A program made the translations under genes and the position numbers. 32,000 bases of DNA, from NCBI RefSeq assembly GCF_001465295.1, contig NZ_CP011035.1, positions 480,001 through 512,000 on the forward strand. Reading direction: 5' to 3'. The notes below the pieces were generated by a model. The model saw nothing but the letters and a program-made list of their open reading frames with translations, had not been told where the DNA came from and did not search any database. Numbering within the stretch: the stretch's first letter is position 1; the number at the start of each line of letters is the position of its first letter. The stretch is from Pseudoalteromonas translucida KMM 520. GTDB taxonomy: Bacteria > Pseudomonadota > Gammaproteobacteria > Enterobacterales > Alteromonadaceae. Below, piece by piece: positions 1 through 8,651 of the stretch.

Positions 1-404
1 GCATCGGTTGCAAACTGAGCAAAGTCGACTTGCAACGCTTCAATAGTAATACTTACCGTTGCTGTTACTTGGTTGTTAACCCCATCAGACACACCAAACA
101 TAAAGCTATCTGACCCTGTTTGTTCTTTGTTGGGCGTGTAGGTGTATGTGCCATCGGCATTTACAACTACGCTGCCGAGTGTGGGTTGGGTTGTTATGCT
201 GTAGGTAAGTGTATCGCCATCGGCATCTGCTGCGTCAAGCATGTCGTTAATAGCCACCTCAGTTTGTGTGGTTACCATGGTATCGCTTGCTGTGGGAGCA
301 ACATTAACCGCCACTGTTGGCTCGTTGTCATTATCGCTACCACAGCCGCTCATTGCTAAAACACTTACCAGCAAACATGCCTGTGTATATTTTAAATTAC
401 GCAT
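1..404 (-). CDS. Lipoprotein with cadherin-like/Ig-like repeat domain; 5' part only, gene runs off the left edge
   Basis: Absent from the ORF track because it has no stop in the window. The reverse complement from ATG 404-402 is open to position 1 and reads MRNLKYTQACLLVSVLAMSGCGSDNDNEPTVAVNVAPTASDTMVTTQTEVAINDMLDAADADGDTLTYSITTQPTLGSVVVNADGTYTYTPNKEQTGSDSFMFGVSDGVNNQVTATVSITIEAL. It has a lipobox-like MSGC, then a DxDGDxLTY...G.Y.YTP...G.DSF pattern typical of bacterial cadherin-like tandem repeats. AAGGA lies 9 nt upstream. The gene starts 11 nt after the DUF4331 stop, so it is probably in the same operon. Confidence 0.6.
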   Translation of the reverse strand, partial: MRNLKYTQACLLVSVLAMSGCGSDNDNEPTVAVNVAPTASDTMVTTQTEVAINDMLDAADADGDTLTYSITTQPTLGSVVVNADGTYTYTPNKEQTGSDSFMFGVSDGVNNQVTATVSITIEALQVDFAQFATD

Positions 405-415
405 TATTTTATTCC

Positions 416-2008
416 TTATTTAGAACCCGCAAGTGGGGTAGTAAGGTAGGGAAAGCTTGCATCCATCATAGCGGCATTTATTGGTGCGCCATCGGTAAAT
501 TGCACAGTACCTACTTCAGCATCCTCTGGTTTACAAAGCCCTAAATTAGTGTCTACGCCTGCTACAGGGATAGGGTGACATAAACGACCCATAACAACTC
601 TTAGTGCTATATCAACAACGTCATCACCTGGGCGACGGCCATTTGGAAATCCGGCTAAATCATTACCTGCTACCCCAAATGTAGATTGATCAGCTTGCGC
701 TGTTGCTGCAATTTTAGTGTTTAAACGCAGCATTTCTGATGGCGTTACTGTTGCTTGCTGATTAACATCGGCAAAACCAGTTAAAAATGCGGTTATAAGG
801 TCATTACGTGGAAAGTTTGTAGGTGCAAGCGTGGCAAAATTTGTCCCTAGGGTGGTATTAACTGCATCTTTAAATAAAATATTTAATAGTTCAGGCAGTG
901 AAGGATGCGACACATAATCTAAAAATTGACCATCATCTTTAGGATGTGCAGTAGAGAAGGTGTCTTTATCTTTAATACCAATTACTAGCTCATTAACCAG
1001 TGGGTTACCTAAACGCGAAACTTGCGTTAATGCGCCGCCGTTAACTGCGTTATTTGCAAACTTAGCATTAGGGTTTAAAATACGTGCTTGCGGTAAGCTT
1101 GCTGTTGTCCACGAACCAATTACGCCATTACCTGAGCCAATCACACAGCTTTTAGGTATTTCGATTGCTATAGAGGTAATGTTTTTATCAGCTAAATCAT
1201 CGTTATCTGCCGACTGTGTAATGCCACCAGGAAAGCCTGAGCCATCACCTGCACCCGCAGCACTGTCACCTTCAACAGGTACGTAGTTTACTAAATCAAA
1301 GGTTTTGCCTAGGTTAACTACAAAAGAGTCTTTACGTTGGCCAACGAACACTTTAGCCATGCCATCACAGTTCGCAATAGCGACTTGATACATAAATTGG
1401 TCGGCATACATTTGGTAATCTTGCTTTGAGGTAAAGGTTTTATTACCTACATAATCAAGCGGTTTATTAAAAGTAGTTGAGCTAGTAGTGGTGTTACTAA
1501 GCTGTACGCTAGTGCCTGTTTTTTGCGGGCCGCTGATCATGTTTACAGTGTAAGATTCACTAAAGTTAGCTGCACTATCATTACCTGCCGTAATACCACC
1601 AACATTTTTTAGCGGCACAGATACAGTGCGCTGATTGCCCTCAGGGCCGACGGTTAATTGCACACCTTGATTATCATTAGGCAGCATACTTTTAAAGTTA
1701 AACGCAAAAGTAATATCTTCAATAGCATCACCATCGTTATCAATGTGAATGCTGTAAGTAGCATCAGGGTCCATGGCAAAGTAATTAGGGCCACCGTAGG
1801 CATCTTGCAATGGAATGTAATTAGCAATCAAGGTAACAAAGTCACCACGGCCTTGCTCATAACTATTAAAAACATAAAAATCGGTAGAGTCTAAGGTTGG
1901 AAAACGACTAATATTAGGCGCTTCTCTATGGCTTGATGCTTCACTTGATGCACTTGCAAAAGTAGCACATATAACAACTGCGAGTATTGATGGAGTAAAA
2001 GCTTTCAT
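416..2008 (-). CDS. Secreted DUF4331 family protein
   Basis: 530-aa ORF with a signal peptide. The hallmark DUF4331 N-terminus ASSHREAPNISRFPTLDSTDFYVF follows immediately. Function unknown. Confidence 0.8.
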   Translation of the reverse strand: MKAFTPSILAVVICATFASASSEASSHREAPNISRFPTLDSTDFYVFNSYEQGRGDFVTLIANYIPLQDAYGGPNYFAMDPDATYSIHIDNDGDAIEDITFAFNFKSMLPNDNQGVQLTVGPEGNQRTVSVPLKNVGGITAGNDSAANFSESYTVNMISGPQKTGTSVQLSNTTTSSTTFNKPLDYVGNKTFTSKQDYQMYADQFMYQVAIANCDGMAKVFVGQRKDSFVVNLGKTFDLVNYVPVEGDSAAGAGDGSGFPGGITQSADNDDLADKNITSIAIEIPKSCVIGSGNGVIGSWTTASLPQARILNPNAKFANNAVNGGALTQVSRLGNPLVNELVIGIKDKDTFSTAHPKDDGQFLDYVSHPSLPELLNILFKDAVNTTLGTNFATLAPTNFPRNDLITAFLTGFADVNQQATVTPSEMLRLNTKIAATAQADQSTFGVAGNDLAGFPNGRRPGDDVVDIALRVVMGRLCHPIPVAGVDTNLGLCKPEDAEVGTVQFTDGAPINAAMMDASFPYLTTPLAGSK

Positions 2009-2046
2009 GACTTTGTCCTTTAGTTTTTGATTGAAGTCATTAGTAA

Positions 2047-2076
2047 TACGAGGCAGGATTTAAATTGGATGCAAAT
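2047..2076 (-). promoter_or_regulatory. Candidate ECF-type promoter of the DUF4331 operon (TTTGCATCCA-N15-CGT)
   Basis: On the minus strand, GCATCC (2072-2067) is followed by 16 nt and then CGT (2050-2048), about 40 nt upstream of ATG 2008. The 10-mer TTTGCATCCA and the 16-nt spacing to CGT recur upstream of the ECF sigma gene. Confidence 0.45.
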
Positions 2077-2180
2077 AAGTTAATTTATTTTTAATTAATG
2101 TGCTTTATTTGTTAATTATTGTTGTTTTTAGCTCTAATATCTTATTTCTGAAAAAAGATAAAAGAGCTGTTTTTAGTAAT

Positions 2181-2864
2181 TTATAAAAGTATTAATTCGG
2201 TGGTATAGAGTACTTCGCTTGGTGAGCCGTTTGGCGAGCCGCCAATAGGTTCTAAACTTACAGCTAATAAAGCAACATCACTGGCTTTAAAACGGCTGTT
2301 TTTAGATAGCGTTATGCTGCCTGTTTTAGGGAGTAAGCCCAGCGATATTGGTGCGTCTTGGTCTTTTAGTATCATCCACAGCTCATAGTCTTTATCTGTT
2401 TTAGCCACAAGCTGACTACTTGCCTTAATTGATAAAGCCTGCTCATTAACATCAATAAACCATAACGGCTGCTGCGCTTTATTTTGCACTAATGCAATTT
2501 GCTGAATATTGCTAATATTAGTGGCCGGTTGCATTACTAAAAAGGCTAATACAATTGAAGCTACTGTAGCAACAAACGACCAAGTGCGCCAAATTGAAGC
2601 TTGTGTACGAATTATTGTTTTCGTTGGTTGGGGCTGATTTTCAATTTGTTGTAATATTTTTGGCCATAAGTCGTCACTTGGCGCTCGTGGCGTAATAGCA
2701 CTGGCTAAGTTATTTAAGTTTTGCTCCCACATTGTTGTGGCCTCACGTGCTTTGCTGGAGTTGAGGAGTAATCGCTGAAAACGCTTACGGGTTGAGCTTG
2801 ATAGCGTACCCAATACATATTGCCCTGCAAGTGCATTTAATACCTCGGGTTTATTATAATTCAT
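2181..2864 (-). CDS. Anti-sigma factor, RskA (anti-sigma-K)-like, single TM
   Basis: The C-terminal region YELWMILKDQDAPISLGLLPKTG...LLAVSLEPIGGSPNGSPSEVLY resembles the RskA extracytoplasmic domain. A central TM segment reads WSFVATVASIVLAFLVM. I prefer ATG 2864 (MNYNKPEVLNALAGQYVLGTL), which overlaps the sigma stop as ATGA. The track start at 2909 lies inside the sigma gene. Confidence 0.75.
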   Translation of the reverse strand: MNYNKPEVLNALAGQYVLGTLSSSTRKRFQRLLLNSSKAREATTMWEQNLNNLASAITPRAPSDDLWPKILQQIENQPQPTKTIIRTQASIWRTWSFVATVASIVLAFLVMQPATNISNIQQIALVQNKAQQPLWFIDVNEQALSIKASSQLVAKTDKDYELWMILKDQDAPISLGLLPKTGSITLSKNSRFKASDVALLAVSLEPIGGSPNGSPSEVLYTTELILL

Positions 2865-3385
2865 AGGGTTAAACACCTTTGTAGCTGAACTAATCCACGG
2901 CGGATCCAACTTTTTACCGTACCTAAAGGCGTGTCGATATGATCAACTAATTCGCTGTGGCTTAAGCCTTTGTAATAGGCCAAGTGAATCGCTTGTTTTT
3001 GCTGTGGCTCTAATTGCTCTATACAGCTTACGAGTTTGGTATTTTCGGCATAACTTACTTCAATATCGTGCTCGTTTATATCGTCATCGGCTAGTGATTG
3101 CTCCTTGCGCACTTTGTTGTAGCGCAGCGCATCAAGGCTTCGGTATCTAACAATGCTGATCATCCAGCTAATAACCGTTCCCTTAGATGAATTATACTCA
3201 GATGCGTTATGCCAAATTTTAATAAAAGCTTCTTGCAATACTTCTTCCGCATGCGCTCTGTTTGTTAACATATTTAAAGTTATAGCAAATAATTTTCCGC
3301 TTGTTTGCTGATAAAGATTAGCGAATGCGTGTTTATCGCCTTGTGCGGTTGAGCACAAAAGGGGGAGTAAATCGTCGTTTTCCAT
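2861..3385 (-). CDS. ECF-family RNA polymerase sigma-70 factor
   Basis: 174 aa. Region 2-like EEVLQEAFIKIWHNASEY and region 4-like AIHLAYYKGLSHSELVDHIDTPLGTVKSWIRRGL. Translationally coupled to the downstream anti-sigma gene. Confidence 0.9.
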   Translation of the reverse strand: MENDDLLPLLCSTAQGDKHAFANLYQQTSGKLFAITLNMLTNRAHAEEVLQEAFIKIWHNASEYNSSKGTVISWMISIVRYRSLDALRYNKVRKEQSLADDDINEHDIEVSYAENTKLVSCIEQLEPQQKQAIHLAYYKGLSHSELVDHIDTPLGTVKSWIRRGLVQLQRCLTL

Positions 3386-3417
3386 GATTACCTTAATATT
3401 TTTATTATTAGTTAAAT

Positions 3418-3448
3418 AAACGTTTGAGAGTTGTTTGTGGATGCAAAA
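3418..3448 (-). promoter_or_regulatory. Candidate autoregulated ECF-type promoter of the sigma/anti-sigma operon
   Basis: On the minus strand, TTTGCATCCA (GCATCC = 3444-3439) is followed by 16 nt and then CGT (3422-3420), about 35 nt upstream of ATG 3385. The motif and spacing are identical to the site at 2047-2076. Confidence 0.45.
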
Positions 3449-3740
3449 AAATGCTTAGATGTGCTATTAGATTAGCTGCAATACAGCCTAATACAAGTAA
3501 ACAAACTGTATTGCTGTTACTTTATACCAGTGTGAACAATTGACCTACTATAGTGTAAAAACAGCAACGTTTTATAAGTGGGCTAAAAAAAAGGCTTAAT
3601 AAATAAAAATTAAAGTGTTAATTATCAATAATATAATTAACGAGGGATAAGTGAATGCTGGCGTAAAATTTGCTTTTACAATATTAAGGCATGATTAATA
3701 AATATAACAACAACGAGCATATATTATAAAAGGAGAACAC

Positions 3741-5369
3741 ATGTGGGCTGCAATTAGTTACTTACTATTGGCATTAATACTCATATTTATTGGCTGGGAA
3801 GTTAACTCAATTTACTTTTCAATTGTATTTTATTGGAGTGCGTTGTCACTACTTTTAGTGGGGGGCGCTTATATATTCGATATAGCAAAAGTGTTTAGAA
3901 AGCGCGAAAACGGCGTTATCCCTTTTTATATTCGCTGGGCGTTTATTCCTTTTTTATTCGGCGCACAATTATACAATGCGTGGGCACGTAAACACGATAA
4001 AGTGCCGCCTATTCAAAAGATTAATGAACATTTGTTTTTGGCATGTCGATTATTCCCCTCCGACATAGACACGCTAAAAGAAAATGGTATTACCGCAATA
4101 CTCGATGTAACGTGCGAGTTTGACGGCTTAGAGTGGAGCTCTACGCAAGAGAATATTAATTATTTAAACATTCCGGTACTTGATCATAGCGTACCTACGC
4201 ATTCGCAGTTAAACCAAGCAATTAATTGGATTCATCATCATGTACAAAAAGATCGCCGTGTGGTGGTGCATTGTGCTTTAGGGCGCGGGCGCTCTGTGTT
4301 TGTAATGGCGGCCTACTTGCTTAGCCAAAATAAAGATGCCGATGTGCATCAAGTATTGGCACAAATAAAAGAAACCCGCGAGACAGCTAATCTTAATAAA
4401 CGCCAATTGCATCACTTAGCTAAGCGCCATAAAAAAGGTGAGTTAGTAATTAAAAACAAAGCATTTTTGATTGCAAACCCAGTGTCGGGCACAAAAATGT
4501 GGCAAGACAAACAACACCTAATTATTGCCAGTTTATCGGCTTATTACGACTTAACCGTATTAACAACCTCAAAAGAAGTTAACGGCGTAGCACTCGCTAA
4601 ACAGGCAATAAAAGAGCAACCAGATATTATTATTGCTTGTGGTGGTGACGGCACGGTGACAGAAGTTGCCAGTGTACTAGTGCACACTAAATGCAGGTTG
4701 GGTATTATTCCGCTGGGCACGGCTAACGCATTAGCGCATGTGTTAATGGGCATAAAATCAAAATTTATTCCTGTAGAGCAAGCCTGCGATTTAATTATTG
4801 ATGGGCAAACAAGTTTAATCGACACCGCTTATTGTAACGACGAGCTAATGTTATTACTGGCAGGAATTGGCTTTGAGCACTCCATGATTGAAAAAGCCGA
4901 CCGTGAAGCTAAAAATAAATCTGGGCAACTAGCCTATTTAAATGGTTTTTTACAAGCGTTTGGTGAACAAAAAGCACAAGTGTTAACTATAAAGCTTGAT
5001 GATAACGAACCAACGCAAGTAAGTACCAATAGTTTTATAGTTGCAAATGCCGCGCCCTTTACTACTTTACTAGCTCAAGGTGGCGGGCAGCCTGATCATA
5101 GTGACGGGCTTCTTGATGTGAATTGGTTAATACCCAATAAAGAAAATGGCACTACAGTACTGAGTATTGCCGAGCTTATGTTTAGCAGCATTACACAAAC
5201 GCATTTAGCCATTAACTCGCATCATACAAATGCTAAAAGAGTGGAAATAAGTGCAGAGCAAGAGATTAAATACGTAGTAGATGGAGAGGTTAAAACTTCT
5301 AACAAATTAGTTATTACAATCTCACCTGGATCATTAAATGTAATTTGCAAAGAACAGCTAGATAAATAA
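3741..5369 (+). CDS. Membrane protein fusing a dual-specificity (PTPMT1-like) phosphatase domain to a DAGK-catalytic / YegS-like lipid kinase domain
   Basis: The N-terminus has about 3 hydrophobic segments. The phosphatase P-loop VVVHCALGRGRSVFVMAAYLL carries the CX5R motif. The kinase part reads FLIANPVSGT...IIIACGGDGTVTEVASVL...IIPLGTANALAHVL, the GGDGT motif of the DAGK/YegS/BmrU family. RBS AAGGAG lies upstream of the ATG. Confidence 0.8.
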   Translation: MWAAISYLLLALILIFIGWEVNSIYFSIVFYWSALSLLLVGGAYIFDIAKVFRKRENGVIPFYIRWAFIPFLFGAQLYNAWARKHDKVPPIQKINEHLFLACRLFPSDIDTLKENGITAILDVTCEFDGLEWSSTQENINYLNIPVLDHSVPTHSQLNQAINWIHHHVQKDRRVVVHCALGRGRSVFVMAAYLLSQNKDADVHQVLAQIKETRETANLNKRQLHHLAKRHKKGELVIKNKAFLIANPVSGTKMWQDKQHLIIASLSAYYDLTVLTTSKEVNGVALAKQAIKEQPDIIIACGGDGTVTEVASVLVHTKCRLGIIPLGTANALAHVLMGIKSKFIPVEQACDLIIDGQTSLIDTAYCNDELMLLLAGIGFEHSMIEKADREAKNKSGQLAYLNGFLQAFGEQKAQVLTIKLDDNEPTQVSTNSFIVANAAPFTTLLAQGGGQPDHSDGLLDVNWLIPNKENGTTVLSIAELMFSSITQTHLAINSHHTNAKRVEISAEQEIKYVVDGEVKTSNKLVITISPGSLNVICKEQLDK

Positions 5370-5388
5370 TACGCGGTTATAAAGCAAT

Positions 5389-5414
5389 AAAACGGCGTTA
5401 TTACACGCCGTTTT
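5389..5414. terminator. Bidirectional intrinsic terminator between convergent genes
   Basis: Perfect 10-bp stem AAAACGGCGT (5389-5398) / ACGCCGTTTT (5405-5414) with the 6-nt loop TATTAC. T-rich sequence follows on the plus strand. Confidence 0.7.
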
Positions 5415-5419
5415 ATTAT

Positions 5420-5728
5420 TTATTTTTTGATCGAAGGCCAAACAAAGCCTGATGTATCAGGTGCTCTATCGGAAGTGGGCCTTGGTGCACTTTTAGGTCT
5501 ACGAATTGGCTTGTTATTTATGGTATGAATATAAAGCGCTTCTACTTTATCTCGTGCCCATGGGGTTTTACGCAAAAATTTTAAGCTCGATTTAATGCTT
5601 GGTGCATCAGTAAAGCATTTAATTTTAACCTGTTCACCCAAAGTTCTCCAGCCAAGTCGCTGCTCTAACTCAACAAGTATTTGTTCTAACGTTACCCCAT
5701 GTAAAGGGTTTTTAGGTTGATTATCCAT
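5420..5728 (-). CDS. VF530 / DUF2132 family small protein
   Basis: [60 protein letters not shown] matches my recollection of the DUF2132 helical domain. The tail is basic and proline-rich. Confidence 0.65.
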   Translation of the reverse strand: MDNQPKNPLHGVTLEQILVELEQRLGWRTLGEQVKIKCFTDAPSIKSSLKFLRKTPWARDKVEALYIHTINNKPIRRPKSAPRPTSDRAPDTSGFVWPSIKK

Positions 5729-5782
5729 AGCTACACTACTTATTTAAACTGCGGATATTGTAACTTAATTCACTCGTAGAGG

Positions 5783-6085
5783 CTAATTCACTGTAATTGT
5801 AGCGGGCTTAGTAGGGTAAATAGCATTGCCTTGTTTGTCGAGTTTAAGCCAAATTAGTTGACTGTTGTTATGTTGTACAAATTTAGCCCCGCAAATAAGC
5901 GTAAATGAGTGTATTTGTATTAACGCTCCTTCGCTGTAGCGTTTATTGTCGTACCAACAACTTGTGTCGGTATTTACAAACTGATTAGCATCAATAACAG
6001 CATGGGTTTTAATTGTATTAGCATGGCTGAGTAGCGAATAGCCTAAGCAACTAATATAAAAACATAAGATTAATAAATGGCGCAT
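5783..6085 (-). CDS. Small secreted protein, possibly DUF1496 (YnjH-like)
   Basis: 100 aa with a signal peptide. It has the pattern CWYDNKRYSEGALI...ICG. The family assignment is from memory only. Confidence 0.4.
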   Translation of the reverse strand: MRHLLILCFYISCLGYSLLSHANTIKTHAVIDANQFVNTDTSCWYDNKRYSEGALIQIHSFTLICGAKFVQHNNSQLIWLKLDKQGNAIYPTKPATITVN

Positions 6086-6291
6086 TTTAGCCTCAAATTG
6101 TCGCGGGTTTAAAAATAATACACTAAGCTAAAAAACATGCTAGGGTAAGGTATACACAAACACCATAAAAATGCGTAATTGGGTATTTTATAGCACCTTA
6201 ACATTAGACAGCTGCTTATAAAAAAGGCGCTTTCTTGACTTGGGTATATTTATATTTAGTAAAACACAGAACAATAAATAGGTGAAAATAT

Positions 6292-6525
6292 ATGCAATTT
6301 AACCAAACAATGATCGATGAATTTACACTGTTAGCTAAATTTCCGCGTGAAAGTAAAATGCAGGGAATTAAACTTCATTCAGACGCAGAGCCTAGCTTAT
6401 TAAGCGCCGCACAACGTTTATTTGATAAAGGAATTATAGATAGCCCAGATGGCGGTTATTTAACTGATCTGGGCTTAGAATTAATTGACCATGTCACTGT
6501 GGTGCACAGCGCCTTACAAGGCTAA
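6292..6525 (+). CDS. Small conserved hypothetical protein
   Basis: 77-aa ORF with the purine-rich AATAGGTGAAAA upstream of the ATG. No recognisable catalytic motif. It may belong to a small gammaproteobacterial family that I cannot verify. Confidence 0.4.
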   Translation: MQFNQTMIDEFTLLAKFPRESKMQGIKLHSDAEPSLLSAAQRLFDKGIIDSPDGGYLTDLGLELIDHVTVVHSALQG

Positions 6526-6560
6526 TTTTCTGGGTTAATTACCTAGGCTAATTATTTAGA

Positions 6561-7193
6561 CTAGGTTGCATCGGGTTGATTTTGTGGTGCGGCATCAATA
6601 AATGCATCGAGCTTATTACAACGCTCATAAATGGCTGCTATTTTAGGATATGCGGCCATATTTACATTAAAACGAATAGCATTAAATACCTGCGGTACTA
6701 AGCACACATCGGCAAGGCTTGGTTGCTCACCCACACAAAAAGCGTTATTACTATCAAGCAGTTGCTCTACTTTTTCAAACCCTACTTCTACCCAATGACG
6801 ATACCAGGTGTTTTTAGCATCATCGTCTACCCCTAGTTCGTTGCTTAAATACTTGAGCACGCGTAAATTATCTAAAGGATGAATGTCGCAGGCTATGGCG
6901 TAACTTAAATTACGAATTTGTGCTTTTTGCCACGCGTTACCAAATAATAATGGCGCAGTGTTTGGATAGCTTTCTTCAAGATACTCTAAAATAGCCAGAG
7001 ATTGCCCAAGTACACCGTCAGCTGTTTCAAGTGCAGGGAGTAAACCTTGTGGATTTTTATCTAAGTAGGCTGAACCTAACTGTTCAGACTTTAGTAAATT
7101 AACACCAACCAATTCGTGATCAATGTTTTTTAAGTTAAGCGCAATACGCACCCGATAAGCAGCAGATGAGCGAAAATAACTATAAAGTTTCAT
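6561..7193 (-). CDS. maiA: Maleylacetoacetate isomerase (zeta-class GST)
   Basis: MKLYSYFRSSAAYRVRIALNLK...QGLLPAL...SLAILEYLEE is typical of MaiA. It starts 6 nt downstream of hmgA. Confidence 0.9.
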   Translation of the reverse strand: MKLYSYFRSSAAYRVRIALNLKNIDHELVGVNLLKSEQLGSAYLDKNPQGLLPALETADGVLGQSLAILEYLEESYPNTAPLLFGNAWQKAQIRNLSYAIACDIHPLDNLRVLKYLSNELGVDDDAKNTWYRHWVEVGFEKVEQLLDSNNAFCVGEQPSLADVCLVPQVFNAIRFNVNMAAYPKIAAIYERCNKLDAFIDAAPQNQPDAT

Positions 7194-7199
7194 GGTTTT

Positions 7200-8507
7200 T
7201 TATCCTTGTGAGCCAGTAAATTGCTTTTTAATTGTGCGCCAGCAATCAGTGTAATTAGCTTGGCGCTCTTTGCCTTCAAGAGCGTATTTAGTAGGGGATA
7301 TGACATAACGTGATTCAAACATAAATGCCAGCGTATTCTCATAACGTTGTGGCTCAAGCTGGGCATTAGAGGCTTTGTCGAACACGTCGGCTTCAGGGCC
7401 ATGAGGCGACATACAATTGTGTAGGCTCATACCGCCGGGAACAAAGCCATGCTCTTTAGCATCGTAAACACCTTCTATTAAGCCCATAAATTCACTCATT
7501 ATATTGCGGTGAAAGTAAGGAGGGCGAAAGGTATTTTCGGCCACCATCCAACGTGGAGGGAAAATAGCAAAATCAATATTAGCAACACCCTCAGTACCTG
7601 ATGGCGATGTAAGTACGGTAAATATAGAAGGATCTGGGTGATCAAAGCTCACTGTATTCATTACATTAAAACGCGATAAATCATATTTATACGGCGCACT
7701 GTTACCGGTCCAGGCAACTACATCTAGAGGAGAGTGGCCTATATCACAACGAAACATATTGCCGTTAAATTTGGCAACTAATTCAAACTTATCTTCTATA
7801 TCTTCAAAAGCAGCCACTGGGTATTGAAAGTCACGATCGTTGGCAAAGCCATTAGAGCCGACCGGGCCACGCTCAGCTAAAACATATTGATGACCATAGT
7901 TTTCACAAATATAACCGCGTGCAGTTGCTGTTAATAGTTGTACCTGAAACTTTATACCACGGGGAATAACCGCTATTTCGCCCGCTTTAATGGTTAAATT
8001 ACCACACTCAGTTTTAAGTAATAATTCACCTTGCTGCGGTACAAACAGCATTTCGCCATCGGCATTATAAAAATAACGCCCGTCCATCGATTTATTAGCA
8101 ACATAAACATGAATACCAATACCGGTTTGGCCATTTGCACTACCATTAGCGGCCATAGTAATTAAGCCATCAATAAAGTCAGTTGGTTGCTGTGGAATGT
8201 CGATAGGGTTCCAGCGCAGCATAGTCGGTGGTGTCACTACTTCGGTGATAGGCGCAGTGCGAATTAAGCCATTATCTATTGCAGTATAATCGCCTTGAAC
8301 AACAGAGGGACGAATACGGTATAGCCAAGTTCGGCGATTATCGGCGCGCGGCGCAGTAAACGCGGTTGTACTAAACTGCTCTGCATATAAATCGTACTTT
8401 ACTTTTTGCGGGCTAAATTGCCCGATAGGCAATGCACCAGGCAAAGCTTCGGTTTCAAACTCATTACCAAAACCAGTCATGTATTTTAATTCGGTAGCCA
8501 TTAGCAA
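7200..8507 (-). CDS. hmgA: Homogentisate 1,2-dioxygenase
   Basis: 435 aa. [27 protein letters not shown] and the C-terminal [16 protein letters not shown]...HGP motifs are characteristic of HmgA. Confidence 0.95.
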   Translation of the reverse strand: MLMATELKYMTGFGNEFETEALPGALPIGQFSPQKVKYDLYAEQFSTTAFTAPRADNRRTWLYRIRPSVVQGDYTAIDNGLIRTAPITEVVTPPTMLRWNPIDIPQQPTDFIDGLITMAANGSANGQTGIGIHVYVANKSMDGRYFYNADGEMLFVPQQGELLLKTECGNLTIKAGEIAVIPRGIKFQVQLLTATARGYICENYGHQYVLAERGPVGSNGFANDRDFQYPVAAFEDIEDKFELVAKFNGNMFRCDIGHSPLDVVAWTGNSAPYKYDLSRFNVMNTVSFDHPDPSIFTVLTSPSGTEGVANIDFAIFPPRWMVAENTFRPPYFHRNIMSEFMGLIEGVYDAKEHGFVPGGMSLHNCMSPHGPEADVFDKASNAQLEPQRYENTLAFMFESRYVISPTKYALEGKERQANYTDCWRTIKKQFTGSQG

Positions 8508-8651
8508 CTCCTGTGAGAGTGGGGTAGTTTAATCTTGTTATTATTTAGGTTAAGATACTCTCAAGTGAGACTAATATCAAATGTGCAACTACGCACCTGT
8601 GTAAATATTAATGAACAGTTTAGCAACGCTTGTATAGATGGAATAACTAAA

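Noticed and set aside
120-544. Plus-strand ORFs 120-359, 241-423 and 317-544 from the track
   Set aside because: They are antisense shadows of the minus-strand lipoprotein gene (1-404) and the end of the DUF4331 gene. Their translations are Cys- and Ile-rich low-complexity sequence with no RBS, whereas the minus-strand frame has a clear lipobox and domain motifs.
3478-3641. Inverted repeats GCAATACAG/CTGTATTGC (3478-3514) and GTTAATTAT/ATAATTAAC (3617-3641) upstream of the phosphatase-kinase gene
   Set aside because: They are real 9-bp repeats, but they sit in very AT-rich DNA, have long or arbitrary spacers and do not recur elsewhere in the window. That is not enough to call them operators.
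8535-8651. N-terminal extension of the MarR ORF from a TTG start
   Set aside because: The 39 extra residues have no MarR homology and cover the divergent hmgA promoter region. The ATG at 8652 gives a canonical-length MarR.
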